A stretch of DNA of 64,000 nt. Origin: Thermoanaerobaculia bacterium (GTDB lineage: Bacteria > Acidobacteriota > Thermoanaerobaculia > Multivoradales > Multivoraceae). Under the pieces are notes generated by a model. The model made no database searches. It was not told the DNA's origin and saw only the letters and a program-made list of their open reading frames with translations. The DNA is taken from contig OZ243982.1 in the NCBI GenBank assembly GCA_965214805.1, positions 898,033 through 962,032 of the forward strand. The letters are read 5' to 3'. The position numbers and the translations under genes were made by a program. Shown piece by piece: positions 10,380 through 21,000 of this stretch (position 1 is its first letter; the number at the start of each line of letters is the position of its first letter).

Positions 10380-11279
10380 TCAACGCCTGGCCCTCGAGCC
10401 CAACGGCGGCTGGCTCCGCAGAAGCTGGATGTGCTGTTCGACCGCGGCCTGAGCCTCGCGGGAAAGTCGCAAGTGACGCTCCGCCCCCTCGCGGTCGCCC
10501 AGGCGAGCCAGGGCGAGGCTGAGCTGGTAGTGCCCCTTGATCGATTCGGTCTCGGCGGCAACCGCGCGCGTGAGGGCGTCCCGGGCCGCCTCGAAGCGAC
10601 CCTCCTTCAAGCTGGTCATGCCTGTCGTCACGAGAGCCGTGGGGTGATCGGGATCGACCGCGAGGACCCGGTCCGCGAGGCGGGCCGCTTCGGCCAGCAT
10701 GCCCAGTCCCTCGGCGGCCTCGGACATGGCGGCCAGCGCCTCGACGTTGTCGGGCTCCAGCCGCAGCGCCGCGGCCAGCGCCTGCTGGGCCTCGTCGAAC
10801 CGGTCCACCCGGTTGAGCGCCAGCCCGAGCCCGATGTGGGTCAAGGCTCGATCCGGATCCAGGGCCGCCGCGTCGTGAAGCGCCTCGGCGGCATCCGCCA
10901 TCTCGCCCACCTGCATGCGGGCCACGCCGAGAAGGTAGGCGTAGTCCGCTTCCCCAGGGTGCATTCGGGCCAGCGGCTCGAGTGCCAGGATCGCCTGGAT
11001 CGGGTTGCCCTGGGCGAGGGAGAAACGCGAATAGGCGTTCAGGACGTCCTCCGAGTTGGGCGCCAGGGCGATAGCCCTTCCAAGCGCCTCCGCCGCTCGT
11101 TCCGCGTCGCCTCGGGAGGCGAGAGAGCGGGCCCGTTCGAGCAGTGCGCGGACCGATTCCGTACCGGCTGGCTGCATCCGGACTGCCGCCGCGGCGCCGG
11201 CGACCGGCGCGGTCAGGATCGACGACAGCGCGGCGCAGGCGAGGAAGCGCCCCCGGCCTCTCCTCGTTCCGCCTCTCAC
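10380..11279 (-). CDS. TPR-repeat protein with signal peptide
   Basis: The body is tetratricopeptide-like (A/L-rich 34-residue periodicity, AxxLxxAxxLxP). Its start overlaps the upstream TPR gene stop by 4 bp. Confidence 0.65.
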   Translation of the reverse strand: MRGGTRRGRGRFLACAALSSILTAPVAGAAAAVRMQPAGTESVRALLERARSLASRGDAERAAEALGRAIALAPNSEDVLNAYSRFSLAQGNPIQAILALEPLARMHPGEADYAYLLGVARMQVGEMADAAEALHDAAALDPDRALTHIGLGLALNRVDRFDEAQQALAAALRLEPDNVEALAAMSEAAEGLGMLAEAARLADRVLAVDPDHPTALVTTGMTSLKEGRFEAARDALTRAVAAETESIKGHYQLSLALARLGDREGAERHLRLSREAQAAVEQHIQLLRSQPPLGSRARR

Positions 11280-13525
11280 TGGTCCGTCTCTCCCTGTTCC
11301 GACCTTCCCTTGAGCGAGCGGAAGATCTCGAACTGCTCCTGCGCTTTCTGTCCGTCGCCGAGCCTCTGGTAGGCCTGTCCGAGCTGATTGCGGATGGTCG
11401 GATCCTCCGGCGCCAGTTCGGCCGCCGCCAGCAACTGCGCGGCCGCTTCGTCGACCTGACCCTCTTCGAGCAGAATCTTGCCGCGGAGATAGCGGGCGTC
11501 GGCGTGGTCGGGCACGGCAGCGAGAACCAGATCGAGCTCTCGCAGCGCAGCCTCGGGCTGATTGTCGAGCTCGAGGACGGTCGCCAGGACATGACGCGAT
11601 CGGTGATCGGCGGGATGGGAAGCCAGTTCGGTACGCAGAGCCTCGGCGGCCTCGGCGAGGCGTCCCTGGCGGAGAAGGATGTTGCCCATGGTCGCCTGCG
11701 CTTCAGCCACGTCGGGCCGCAGCTCGACGGCGCGCTCGAGATGCTTCAGCGCCGCCTCCATGTCGCCTTCCTGTGCCGCTGCCTGACCCAGAAGCACGTT
11801 GAGTTCGGGCCAGTCGGCGTGTTCGGCGAGCAGCAGGTCGAAGACCGCCTGAGCTTCGGCAGTCCGGCCGCTGCGCACCAGCGCCAGGCCGTAGGCGTAC
11901 TGGAGCGAAGGATCGGAGGTTCGGCCCGGGTCGGTTGCCAGGAGCCGGGCGGCCCGGTCGTGGGTTTCCGCGTTCAGCCAGGCCAGCGCGAGCATCCGGC
12001 GAAGCGCCAGGTCCTCGGGATGCTGTTCCAGCGCTTTCGAGAGCGGCGAAGTCGCCTGCTCGAACTGCCCGGCGTTGAACCGCGCGACGCCCAGCGAGTA
12101 CTGGACCCTCGGGAAGCCCGCGTCGACAGACGCCGCCTGCTCAAAGTGGTCGGCGGCCCGGACGAAGCGCCCGGCCTGCGTCGCCAGCACGCCGAGGTTG
12201 AAGGAGGCACGAGCGAGAGTTGTCCGCGCCGTTCGAACGAGCTGCTCCCGGTAGGCCGGAGGAAGACCGGAGACCGGCGTCTCGCTGAAGACGGAAAGGC
12301 CGACCGCCGCAGCCGACGGTTCCTTGCCGTGTCCGTCCAGATAGCTCGACAGTCGATCGCGCAGACTCTCCGTCAGGGCCATGGAGAAGCGTTCGGCGGC
12401 CTCGAAGTGCGGCAGCGCCCGGGCCTCTTCTCCTGCCCGGCGGAGGGCCACAGCGAGTTGGTAGTGGAGGCTCTCCATCTGGTTGGCGCTGAACGAGCCG
12501 GCGTAGCGGCCTTCAGCCAGCTCGACGGCGCTCTCGAGCGCGGCCGCCGCTTCTGCGGGCCGGTCGAGTCCGAGAAGAGCCCGACCCAGATGATGCAGCG
12601 CACCGGGTCGGGTGGATTCCGATGCCGCCGCGATCTCCAACAAGGGCAGTGCCTCCTCGAAACGCCGGACATCGACCAGCACCAATCCCAGGTAGAGGCA
12701 GTTCATCGGATCCTCGGGCGAGATGCGGCGTTCCTCCTCGAAGTGGCGGATGGCCAGCTCGACGGCGCCTCGGCCCCGATCCAGGAGTTCCACGGTCCCC
12801 AAGTAGAAACGGCCCCGCGGCGTCGAGGGGTCCTGTTCGATGGCCGTTCCCAGGGCCTGGCGGGCCCTCTCGTACTCCCCGTAGTCACGATAGGTCCTGC
12901 CGATCAGAATCCACGTCTGCGGAATCGGACGCTTCTCGGCCACCTCCAGGAAGAGTTTCTCGGCGGCCTCCGGACGCTCCAGGCGGAGGTAGCCGCTGGC
13001 AAGGGCGAAGCGGGACTCCAGGTCTTCGGGCATGGAGGCAACGGCCCCCTCCAGCTGCTGGACCGCCAACTCGGGCTTGCCGGTTGCGTTGAAGGCCCGG
13101 GCCAGCAGCCGCACGGCACGGCCATCCTCCGAGCTTCGCGCGAGCACGCGCCGGAGATGGTCGATCGCGCCTTCGGGATCTCCGCGCTCGAGCGCGAGTT
13201 CGGCAAGAGCAAGCAAGGGGCGCCGTGCGTCGAGGGCAGAGACGAGAGCCCGCTCGTAGGCCGCCTCCGCCTCGGCCGGCGCGCCGCCAGCGCGATGCAG
13301 ATCGCCGAGCAGCAGCCAGCCTTCGAGCAGCGCCTCGCGGTACCAGCTCTCGGCTGCCTGCGGCTCGTCCTGCCGCAGCATGCTCTCTGCCTCCCTCGAG
13401 GCATGCCGCATGGCGGCGTCCGGCGGCGGCTCGTCCTGCGCCGACAGCGCCGGCAACCCGCTGGCAAGGACCGCAAGGACAGCCAGTGCCAGGCCGAGAG
13501 CACCGACCGCGGCTGCCTGGAACAT
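11276..13525 (-). CDS. Large TPR-repeat protein with signal peptide
   Basis: It contains many TPR units. The start was taken at the internal ATG (MFQAAAVGALGLALAVLAVLA). Confidence 0.65.
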   Translation of the reverse strand: MFQAAAVGALGLALAVLAVLASGLPALSAQDEPPPDAAMRHASREAESMLRQDEPQAAESWYREALLEGWLLLGDLHRAGGAPAEAEAAYERALVSALDARRPLLALAELALERGDPEGAIDHLRRVLARSSEDGRAVRLLARAFNATGKPELAVQQLEGAVASMPEDLESRFALASGYLRLERPEAAEKLFLEVAEKRPIPQTWILIGRTYRDYGEYERARQALGTAIEQDPSTPRGRFYLGTVELLDRGRGAVELAIRHFEEERRISPEDPMNCLYLGLVLVDVRRFEEALPLLEIAAASESTRPGALHHLGRALLGLDRPAEAAAALESAVELAEGRYAGSFSANQMESLHYQLAVALRRAGEEARALPHFEAAERFSMALTESLRDRLSSYLDGHGKEPSAAAVGLSVFSETPVSGLPPAYREQLVRTARTTLARASFNLGVLATQAGRFVRAADHFEQAASVDAGFPRVQYSLGVARFNAGQFEQATSPLSKALEQHPEDLALRRMLALAWLNAETHDRAARLLATDPGRTSDPSLQYAYGLALVRSGRTAEAQAVFDLLLAEHADWPELNVLLGQAAAQEGDMEAALKHLERAVELRPDVAEAQATMGNILLRQGRLAEAAEALRTELASHPADHRSRHVLATVLELDNQPEAALRELDLVLAAVPDHADARYLRGKILLEEGQVDEAAAQLLAAAELAPEDPTIRNQLGQAYQRLGDGQKAQEQFEIFRSLKGRSEQGETDQ

Positions 13526-13576
13526 CTTCAGAACAGGCCCTCCGGAAGACTGCGCCGCGACCACAGGGCCCGAACC

Positions 13577-15379
13577 TCAGCGTCCGTTCCCGGCCCCCTC
13601 GCCCACGGCCAGTGTGGTCGAGACGAACGCGGCCTCGCGCGTGGCGTCGTCGCGGACGGCGACCGCGACCATGTTGAGGCCCTCCGGAATCTCGATGTGG
13701 AAGACGAGGTCGAGAAGACGCGTGTCGCGATCCGGGGGCGCTTCCACCAGGAAGGTCTTCTCGTCCCTGACCACCTTCGAGGTCGTGGCGTGGCGGCTGC
13801 CGACCTCCACCCTGATCCGAGCCATCTCCCTGTCCTCGAACGGCAGAAAGGCGACCCGTGCGGCCGGCACCATGACGTGGAGCGGCAGCCGCCGCTTGCC
13901 GCCGCCGGCAGCGCGAACGCGACCCGCCCCCAGCCGCACGCCGAGCGGATTCTCGACCAGGCCGAGATAGAGCGCGCCGTCGAGCCGCTCGCTCATCCGC
14001 TGGTCGGAACTCTTGTCGCGGTAGCCGCGACGGTGACGAACCTGCAGGTTCCTGCCTCGGACCCGTACGCGAATCTGGTGTTCGCCGCGGTCGCCGCCGT
14101 GGGGCGGGCGGTAGGCCAGGGAGTAGTAGCTCGCCATCTCGTTGGCGATCTGCTCGAGTTCGCCGTCGAACTGGTTGCGGTTGAAGATGGCGCGGCCGCC
14201 GGTCTCGTCGGCGAGCACGGCCAACCCGTCGCGCTCCGCTTCGCGGATCGAGCTGTTGAACGGGTTCGCCCCCAGGAAGTCGATCGACGCCTGCTCCGCC
14301 GTGCTCAGAAACGTGGACCGGAGGCCGTTGGTCTGCAGCGAGTAGATCGTCACGCGGTTCGCACTGGCGTGACGGGTAAGCTGGTGGAAGGCGCCGGACA
14401 GTTCCTCGACCGGCGACATCGAGCGAAACCGGTCGCTGGAAGGACACACGCCCGTGATGAAGGCCCGCAGGTCGCTGCCCGGAGTCCGTTCCAGGGAATC
14501 GCTCAGGTAGAGCACGGTCTTGACGCCGGGCAGCGCGGCCAGGAAGCGCACCGCCGTCGTCAGGTGGCCGAGCGTGGCGCCGATCCGGTCCCGGCCGATG
14601 CGGGCGAAGGTCTCGACCTCCGGCAGCGCACGCCGCACGTACGACTCGCAGGGGGCCGGCGCCGTCGTCCGGCGGCTACCCGAGGAAGCGAGCACCTTCG
14701 CGTCCTGCCAGAGCTGCTGCAACCTCTGGACCGCGAGCTGTTTCGCCTGTTGCGACTGGCCGCCCATTCCCGGCGAGGCCTCGATGCGAGCGAGCGCATG
14801 GTCCAGGTCCTCCCGGCTGGAGCCGAAATAGGCCTCGGTGACGAGGTCGCGGTCCTGACGGAAGATCAGCACGCGTTCGGCGGGGAACCTCTCCTCGTCG
14901 AGGAAGGCGCGCAGATCCTGGATCACCCGCTTGCGGCTGGCCGGGCCCAAGTGGAGGTCGTCGAAGTAGAGGATGAGGTGGGCGGGTTCCGCGGCGCCAG
15001 CGTCGGCTGTCGGGCCGTCGGGCGACGTGTCGCCTGACGCTTCGCCGGTCCGTGCGGCCACGGCATCGGTCACCTCGCTGAAGAACTCCACCGTGACCGG
15101 CTTCCCGTCTTCACGCACCTCGAAGTCGTCCGGGCCGAGACCGGTGACCGGCCGCCCCTGGCCGTCGCTGACCCAGACCTCGACGTTGACGAGCTGAACG
15201 TCCACGACCTCGCTGAAGGACGGACGGTCGGCGCTCCGGACCTGTGCGTTCTGCGCGTTCCGGGCTTGAGACACGGCGACTGCCGGTCCCGCGGCTGCGA
15301 GCGCCACCACGAGAACAGGCGCAAGGACGAGCGCTGGCACAGGTGCATGGATGCTGCGGCCAGGAGTCTCGGAAGTCAT
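13577..15379 (-). CDS. von Willebrand factor A domain protein with Acidobacteria-type N-terminal domain (TIGR03436-like)
   Basis: After the signal peptide comes the characteristic VVDVQLVNVEVWVSDGQGRPVTGLGPDDFEVREDGKPVTVEFF N-terminus, followed by a VWA-like body. Confidence 0.7.
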   Translation of the reverse strand: MTSETPGRSIHAPVPALVLAPVLVVALAAAGPAVAVSQARNAQNAQVRSADRPSFSEVVDVQLVNVEVWVSDGQGRPVTGLGPDDFEVREDGKPVTVEFFSEVTDAVAARTGEASGDTSPDGPTADAGAAEPAHLILYFDDLHLGPASRKRVIQDLRAFLDEERFPAERVLIFRQDRDLVTEAYFGSSREDLDHALARIEASPGMGGQSQQAKQLAVQRLQQLWQDAKVLASSGSRRTTAPAPCESYVRRALPEVETFARIGRDRIGATLGHLTTAVRFLAALPGVKTVLYLSDSLERTPGSDLRAFITGVCPSSDRFRSMSPVEELSGAFHQLTRHASANRVTIYSLQTNGLRSTFLSTAEQASIDFLGANPFNSSIREAERDGLAVLADETGGRAIFNRNQFDGELEQIANEMASYYSLAYRPPHGGDRGEHQIRVRVRGRNLQVRHRRGYRDKSSDQRMSERLDGALYLGLVENPLGVRLGAGRVRAAGGGKRRLPLHVMVPAARVAFLPFEDREMARIRVEVGSRHATTSKVVRDEKTFLVEAPPDRDTRLLDLVFHIEIPEGLNMVAVAVRDDATREAAFVSTTLAVGEGAGNGR

Positions 15380-15400
15380 CGATTCAGTCTACTCCCGCGG

Positions 15401-16630
15401 TCAGACAGGTTGTGGTTGCGCTGCGCCGCTCAACCGGCACAGCAGGCCGAAGAGCAAGGCGAGGAGAGCCAGCCCCCCGATCGGTGCGACGAATCCGGCC
15501 GCCATCCGGTCGGCACCGCCGGCCAGTTGCCCGGTCAGCCAGGGCAGGGCCGCACCACCCGTGCCCGCGAGAGCGAACACCCAGCCGGTGGAGCGGGACC
15601 GGGTCGAAGCGGTGAGCTCGGCCAGAAACGAGACCGTGAGCGGAAAGAGCGGAGCCAGCCCGGCGCCGACCGCAACCGCGGATGCCGCCACGCCGGCCTG
15701 CGATCCGCTGGTCAGAAGGCCGAGGAGGCCGACCCCCGCCACGGCGATGCCGTTGGCGTAGAGCACGCGCTCGGAAATCCGGCGCAGAACGAAGGGCGCC
15801 GCCGCTCGGCCCCCCAGAAGCGCTGCCCAGAAGCCGGAACCGACCCAGAGGGACGTCGCCGAACGCGAAGGCTGAAAGTGATCCGCCAGGCTCACCAGCC
15901 AACCGCCGACTGCGTTCTCGATCCCGACGTACAGGAACAGAATCGCCGCGATCACGACGAGCGCCAGCGTCTCGCCTCGGCGCACGGCCGGCCGAGCAGA
16001 AGAGGCGAACGCGGCGGCGTCGGCCGGGTTCTCCTCACCGCCCGCCTCGCCGCCCGGGTCACGGCCAGAAGCCCGTAACAGAAACAACAGCACCAGAGAG
16101 GCTGCCACGGCGAGGATGAAGAGCACCGCGTCACCTGAGGTTCCCCGGGGGCGAACCGCAAAGACCAGGGGGCACGCGACCGCGCCGATGCCCCACACCA
16201 GGTTCAGCGACGAGAGCGCCGCTCCCCTCTGCGTCGGCCGCGAGTGCGCGACGCGGAGGTTCGTAGCCGGGATGGCCAGCCCGAGTCCGAAGCCGATGGC
16301 GGCCGCCGGAGCCAGAGCTATCGGCCAGTTGGCAACGGCCAGGAGGAGCAGGCCGACGGCGATCAGCAGGTAGCCGACCGTCAGACTCATGCCTGGCCGA
16401 TAGCTCGAGAGCAGCGCGCCAAGGGCGCTGGCGAGGAACTGGGCCGCGAAGAGCGGCGCCAGGTGCTCCACCGGGAGGCTCCACTCGCGGGAGAGTTCGG
16501 GAAGCAGGGGGCCGAGAAGCACCGTGACCGCGCCGGTCAGCAGGAAGCCCGCATGCAGGGGAAGCCGCGCCGCCCTGGTGGAAGCGGCATCGGGTGCACC
16601 GGCGAGTGAGTCCCGGGGCGGGTCAGACAC
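15401..16630 (-). CDS. MFS transporter
   Basis: It is about 12 TM with glycine/alanine-rich hydrophobic helices. It overlaps the stop of the upstream LacI-family gene by 8 nt, so it lies in the same operon. Confidence 0.6.
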   Translation of the reverse strand: MSDPPRDSLAGAPDAASTRAARLPLHAGFLLTGAVTVLLGPLLPELSREWSLPVEHLAPLFAAQFLASALGALLSSYRPGMSLTVGYLLIAVGLLLLAVANWPIALAPAAAIGFGLGLAIPATNLRVAHSRPTQRGAALSSLNLVWGIGAVACPLVFAVRPRGTSGDAVLFILAVAASLVLLFLLRASGRDPGGEAGGEENPADAAAFASSARPAVRRGETLALVVIAAILFLYVGIENAVGGWLVSLADHFQPSRSATSLWVGSGFWAALLGGRAAAPFVLRRISERVLYANGIAVAGVGLLGLLTSGSQAGVAASAVAVGAGLAPLFPLTVSFLAELTASTRSRSTGWVFALAGTGGAALPWLTGQLAGGADRMAAGFVAPIGGLALLALLFGLLCRLSGAAQPQPV

Positions 16631-17726
16631 GTTCGAGTACGGGACCGGTCGAGTCCCGAACCACCAGGGTCGGCTCGATCGTGATCGCAGTCGGCGAGTC
16701 GTCGGCTGGCGCGCCCAGCTTTCGCAGCAGCTCGGCGGCGGCCCGTTGCCCCATCTCGTGCAGCGGCTGCCGGACGGTGGTCAGGCTCGGATTCTGGAAC
16801 GCCGCACTCAGGATGTCGTCGAAGCCGACGACAGAGACATCGTCCGGCACCCGAAGGCCGCTCTCGCCAAGGGCTCGCAGTGCGCCGATCGCGGAGACGT
16901 CGTTGAATGCGAAGAGCGCAGTGAACGGCGCACCCACGTCGAGCAGCTTGCGGCCGAAGGCGTGTCCCTCGCGATAGCCCTCTTCAGGCGAGAACCGCTC
17001 GCCGGCCGGGTCTCCCGAGAGCTGGAGGGTGAGCCGCGGGTCGATCTCGAGGCCGAGTTCAGCTGCCGCCACGAGGATCGCCTGCCACCGGCTCTCCGTG
17101 TCTCCGGAATGCGCGTGACCCTTGAAGAAGGCGATCTTGCGGTGGCCGAGCTCCGCGAGGTGGGCAAGTGCCAGCCGTGCTGCGACCTGGTGATCGATGA
17201 CGACGTTCGTCACGCCCGGCAGCTCGCGATGTCCTGCCACGACCACCGCCGGCAGCGACAGCGAGTCCTCGAGCGGCGTGTTGACCAGAATCAGTCCTTC
17301 CACCGAGCGCTCGGTGAGGAGTTGCAGGTAGTCGTCGAAGAGGTCGGGCTTCGAGTGGTGCCCTGCGACCAGGTAGAAATAGCCTTCCTGCAGGAGCTGG
17401 TCCTCGATGCCGCCGAGCACGCCGGCGGCGTACCCCTCGCTGATCTCCGGCAGGAGGACACCGACCGCGAAGGAGCGCTGGCGGCGAAGCGACCGGGCGA
17501 TGAAGTTGGGCCGGTACCCCAGCTGCGCCGCCGCGGCGCGGACTCTCTCCTGGGTCTCCGGGGGAATCCCCTTCGCGGCCGGCGAGCGGTTCATCACCAG
17601 CGAGACGGTGGTGGGCGAAAGACCCAGATGGGCCGCCACGTCCCTGAGCCGAATCGGCTTCGCAACGCCTGGCGCACCGCCGCCGGTTGCTCTGCCGCCC
17701 GCTGCTCTGCCCTTGGCCGGACTCAT
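16623..17726 (-). CDS. LacI-family transcriptional regulator
   Basis: It has an HTH (IRLRDVAAHLGLSPTTVSLVMN) plus a periplasmic-binding-fold effector domain. The ATG at 17726 is preceded by AAGGAG. Confidence 0.8.
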   Translation of the reverse strand: MSPAKGRAAGGRATGGGAPGVAKPIRLRDVAAHLGLSPTTVSLVMNRSPAAKGIPPETQERVRAAAAQLGYRPNFIARSLRRQRSFAVGVLLPEISEGYAAGVLGGIEDQLLQEGYFYLVAGHHSKPDLFDDYLQLLTERSVEGLILVNTPLEDSLSLPAVVVAGHRELPGVTNVVIDHQVAARLALAHLAELGHRKIAFFKGHAHSGDTESRWQAILVAAAELGLEIDPRLTLQLSGDPAGERFSPEEGYREGHAFGRKLLDVGAPFTALFAFNDVSAIGALRALGESGLRVPDDVSVVGFDDILSAAFQNPSLTTVRQPLHEMGQRAAAELLRKLGAPADDSPTAITIEPTLVVRDSTGPVLERV

Positions 17727-17943
17727 CTCTTCACCTGACTCCTTTCGCCCCTTGGCTTCCACAGGCGCCAATACTTCAACAGGCGCCAGAAGCGCCAACC
17801 ACAGGACGCCGACGGGGCCCGACATGCTGGCTTCAAGGCCTCGTCGGGACCATGCGCGAGGTGGCGTCGGGCCATGTCGACGATGCGCCTCTTCACAGCC
17901 CCTTGACAAACCCGACAGGATGTCGGCAGACTCAGGCTAGCAG

Positions 17944-17957
17944 CTAAAACGATTTAG
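17944..17957. promoter_or_regulatory. Candidate LacI-family operator (near-palindrome CTAAAACGATTTAG)
   Basis: It is 12/14 palindromic and lies in the divergent lacI / TonB-receptor intergenic region. It matches the LacI-family AAnCGnTT core. Confidence 0.35.
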
Positions 17958-18045
17958 TCGCTCCTTCCCGTCCGCAGCGGAGACTTCTTCTCCGTCCTTG
18001 CAGCACCCAGCGGAGCCCAAGCGCGGATCCGGTCGCGGCCGTCGG

Positions 18046-18059
18046 CTAAATCGGTTTAC
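18046..18059. promoter_or_regulatory. Second candidate LacI-family operator (CTAAATCGGTTTAC)
   Basis: It is similar to the site at 17944 and lies about 20 bp upstream of the receptor start. Confidence 0.3.
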
Positions 18060-18078
18060 CCCCAAAGGAGGTACGTCC

Positions 18079-21000
18079 ATGACACGAAGACTGGCTCTCA
18101 TTCTCATCCTCGCGCTCCTGGCGGCGCCCCTGGCGGCGCAACGGTTCACCGCCAGCATCCGCGGCGCCGTGACCGACCCGAACGGCGGCGTCCTTCCCGG
18201 CGCCAGGGTGAACCTGGAGGGGACCGAAACCGGTCTCAACCGGACCACGTTCACGAACGAGTCCGGGATCTACACCTTCAGCGACCTTCCAGTCGGCGCC
18301 TACGAGATCAACGTCTCTCTGGACGGCTTCAAGGCCGCCGAGATCACCGAGATCACGCTGAACGTCGCCGACGTCCGCGAAGTCAACGCGCAACTCGAAC
18401 TCGGTGACGTCTCCGACACGATCACCGTCCAGAGCGAAGCCCTCCCCATCGAGACGATGAGCGGCGAAGTCGCCGGCCTGATCACCGGCGAGCAGATCCG
18501 GGAGCTGCCGCTCAACGGACGCAACTTCGTTCAGCTGACCCTCCTGCAGCCCGGCGTCAGCTCGCCCGAAGGCTTCGACACGAAGAACAAGGGTCTGCTG
18601 GCCGGAGTCGACCTGTCGATCAGCGGCAGCGGCACCACCGGCAATCTCTGGACGGTCGATGGAGCGAACAACAACGACGTCGGCTCCAACCGCACGATCC
18701 TGATCTACCCCTCGGTCGACGCGATCGAGGAGTTCAAGATCCACCGCAACAGCTACAGCGCAGAGTTCGGCGGCGCCGCCGGCGGGCAGATCAACATCGT
18801 CACCCGCGGCGGCACGAACCAGTTCCGCGGCAGCACATACATGTTCGTGCGGGACGACTCCTGGAACGAGACGAACTACTTCCTGGAGCAGGCGGGGAAG
18901 GGCACCGAGCCGCTGGACCGCCAGGACTACGGTTTCACCCTCGGCGGACCGATCAGGCAGGACAGGCTGCACTTCTTCCTTTCCGGCGAGTGGAACGACG
19001 AAGAGCGCGGCATTGCCCGCACGGGCTTCGTCCCCACCGCGGCCGAGCGCGCTGGCGATTTCAGCGGACCGTCGATCCCAGGGTGCACCCCGGCCACACC
19101 GATCGATCCGACCACCGGTCAGCCCTTTCCAGGCAACATGATCCCTTCGGAGCGAATCAATTCCGGCGGTCAGGGCATGCTGAACCTCTACCCCCTTCCC
19201 AACACGACGCCCATGGCCGGCAGTTGCAACAACTGGGTAGAAGCCGTGGTCACGCCGATCGACTGGGAGCAGGCGAACCTCCGGCTCGACTACGACGCCA
19301 CCGACCGAAGCCGGCTCATGCTCCGGTATACCCAGGACACCTGGCTGAACGGCGCTCCGAACGCCGGCGAGGCCAACGGCCTGTGGGGCGATGATCCCTA
19401 CCCGGCCGTCGACACGAACTGGGATCAGCCCGGCCACTCGCTGGTGGCCCAGCTCAGCCAGACGATCGGCGCCAACAGCGTGAACACGGTCACCTTCTCC
19501 TACTCGGGCAACGAGATCAGCCTCAGCCGGGGTGGTTTCAGCCCGGAACTGAATAGCCAGATCAACGCGGCGATTCCCGCGATCTTCGATGGCAAGACGG
19601 GCGGCGCCGAGCGCAGCCACCCGGTGTTCTGGGGCGCCGCCGGCTATGGGGCGCTGTGGAACATCGCGCCTTGGGAAAATGAGCAGGATCTCATGGTGCT
19701 CAAGGACGACTACTCGCAGGTCTTCGGCAAGCACTGGATCAAGGTGGGTGCCCTCTACAGCGAGAACAAGAAGAGGGAGTTCATCGGCGGCAGCTCGGCG
19801 AGCGAGACACCGCAGTTCTGGGGCCCCGGCGTTGGATTGAACGGCTGGGGCGGCGGCACCACCGGCAACGTGCTGGCCGACTTCCTGCTCCAGGACATGA
19901 CCTGGGGTTATGCGGAGAACTCGCACCAGCCCGCACCGGAGCTGAACTGGGAGGACGTCGAGTTCTACATCGCCGACTCCTGGCAGGTGAATCCCCGCCT
20001 CAACCTCGACTACGGCGTCCGCTACTCGAACTACAAGTGGCCCTACGCCAGCGATGACCTGCTCACGACATTCGTACCGGATCTGTACGATCCTGACCTG
20101 GGCGGCGATCCGTGCAACGGTCTGGCACAGGTGCCGGGAACGGACCCCTGCGGCGAGGCCGGTCTGCTGGGCGGCTCTCCCGGTCCGGGCCGCGGGCTGG
20201 TGGACAGCGACACGGACAATTTCGCGCCGCGCCTCGGCTTGGCCTACGACATCTTCGGCAACGGCAGGAGCGTGGTCCGGACTGGCTTCGGTCAGTTCTT
20301 CCAGCGTGACCGCGTGAACATCCAGCTCGAGTTCGCGGGCAACCCGCCTTTCCGCTCCAGCCTGAACGGCATCCGCAAGTTCGACGAAGCGCCAGAACCA
20401 TGCGCCGATTGCGGCCTCGGAAGGCCGATGACGGGAATCGACCCGGACTTTCAGACGCCATACAACTTGCAGTACAACGTGACCTGGGAGCAGCGAATCG
20501 GTCGAAGCAGCACGATCGAGCTTGCCTACGTCGCCTCCCGCGGGCGCCACATAACGCGACGGTCCGACATCAATCAGGTGCCCTCAGGTGACAACAACGG
20601 CAACGGCATCCCCGACCGGCTCGAGTACGTAACCGCCCCGGCGGGCGACGCCGGCGCCGGCTTTCGCGGCACCCTGCGACGGTATCCAGTCTGGGGCGAC
20701 GCCGGCATCCTGTTCTGGGAATCGAACGGGATCTCCGAATACGACAGTCTCCAAACGCAATTCACGTACCGGTACGGCGCGGGTTCGCAGCTCCAGGCCG
20801 GCTATACCCTCGCGAGCTTCAAGGCAAACGATCCGCTGAACGACGCGGGCGCCGGGGTTTCTTCCGGTCAGATCGCGGACCGCGAAAACCCGGGTCTCGA
20901 CTGGGGTTACGCGGGCCTGCACCGGGATCACGTGTTCAACGCCAACGTGCTCCACAACCTGCCAACGCTTGAGAATCAGGGCAGCTTCATCCGAGCGTTG

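Noticed and set aside
8545-11592. The 1015-aa minus ORF read as a single giant gene
   Set aside because: The N-terminal roughly 445 aa are an Arg-rich wrong-frame read-through across the TPR gene 10380..11279. The true ASPIC/UnbV protein starts near 10254, just before its signal peptide.
11144-15037. The 1297-aa plus-strand ORF and many other long ORFs antisense to real genes. Examples are 8509..10452 (+), 18046..20550 (-), 21625..23508 (-), 32230..34944 (+), 34941..37760 (+), 38459..39238 (-), 42932..44824 (+), 49439..51391 (-) and 51249..52595 (-).
   Set aside because: Their composition is arginine/proline/glycine-rich and low-complexity, typical of antisense frames in 70% GC DNA. They have no motifs and are fully overlapped by well-supported genes on the other strand.
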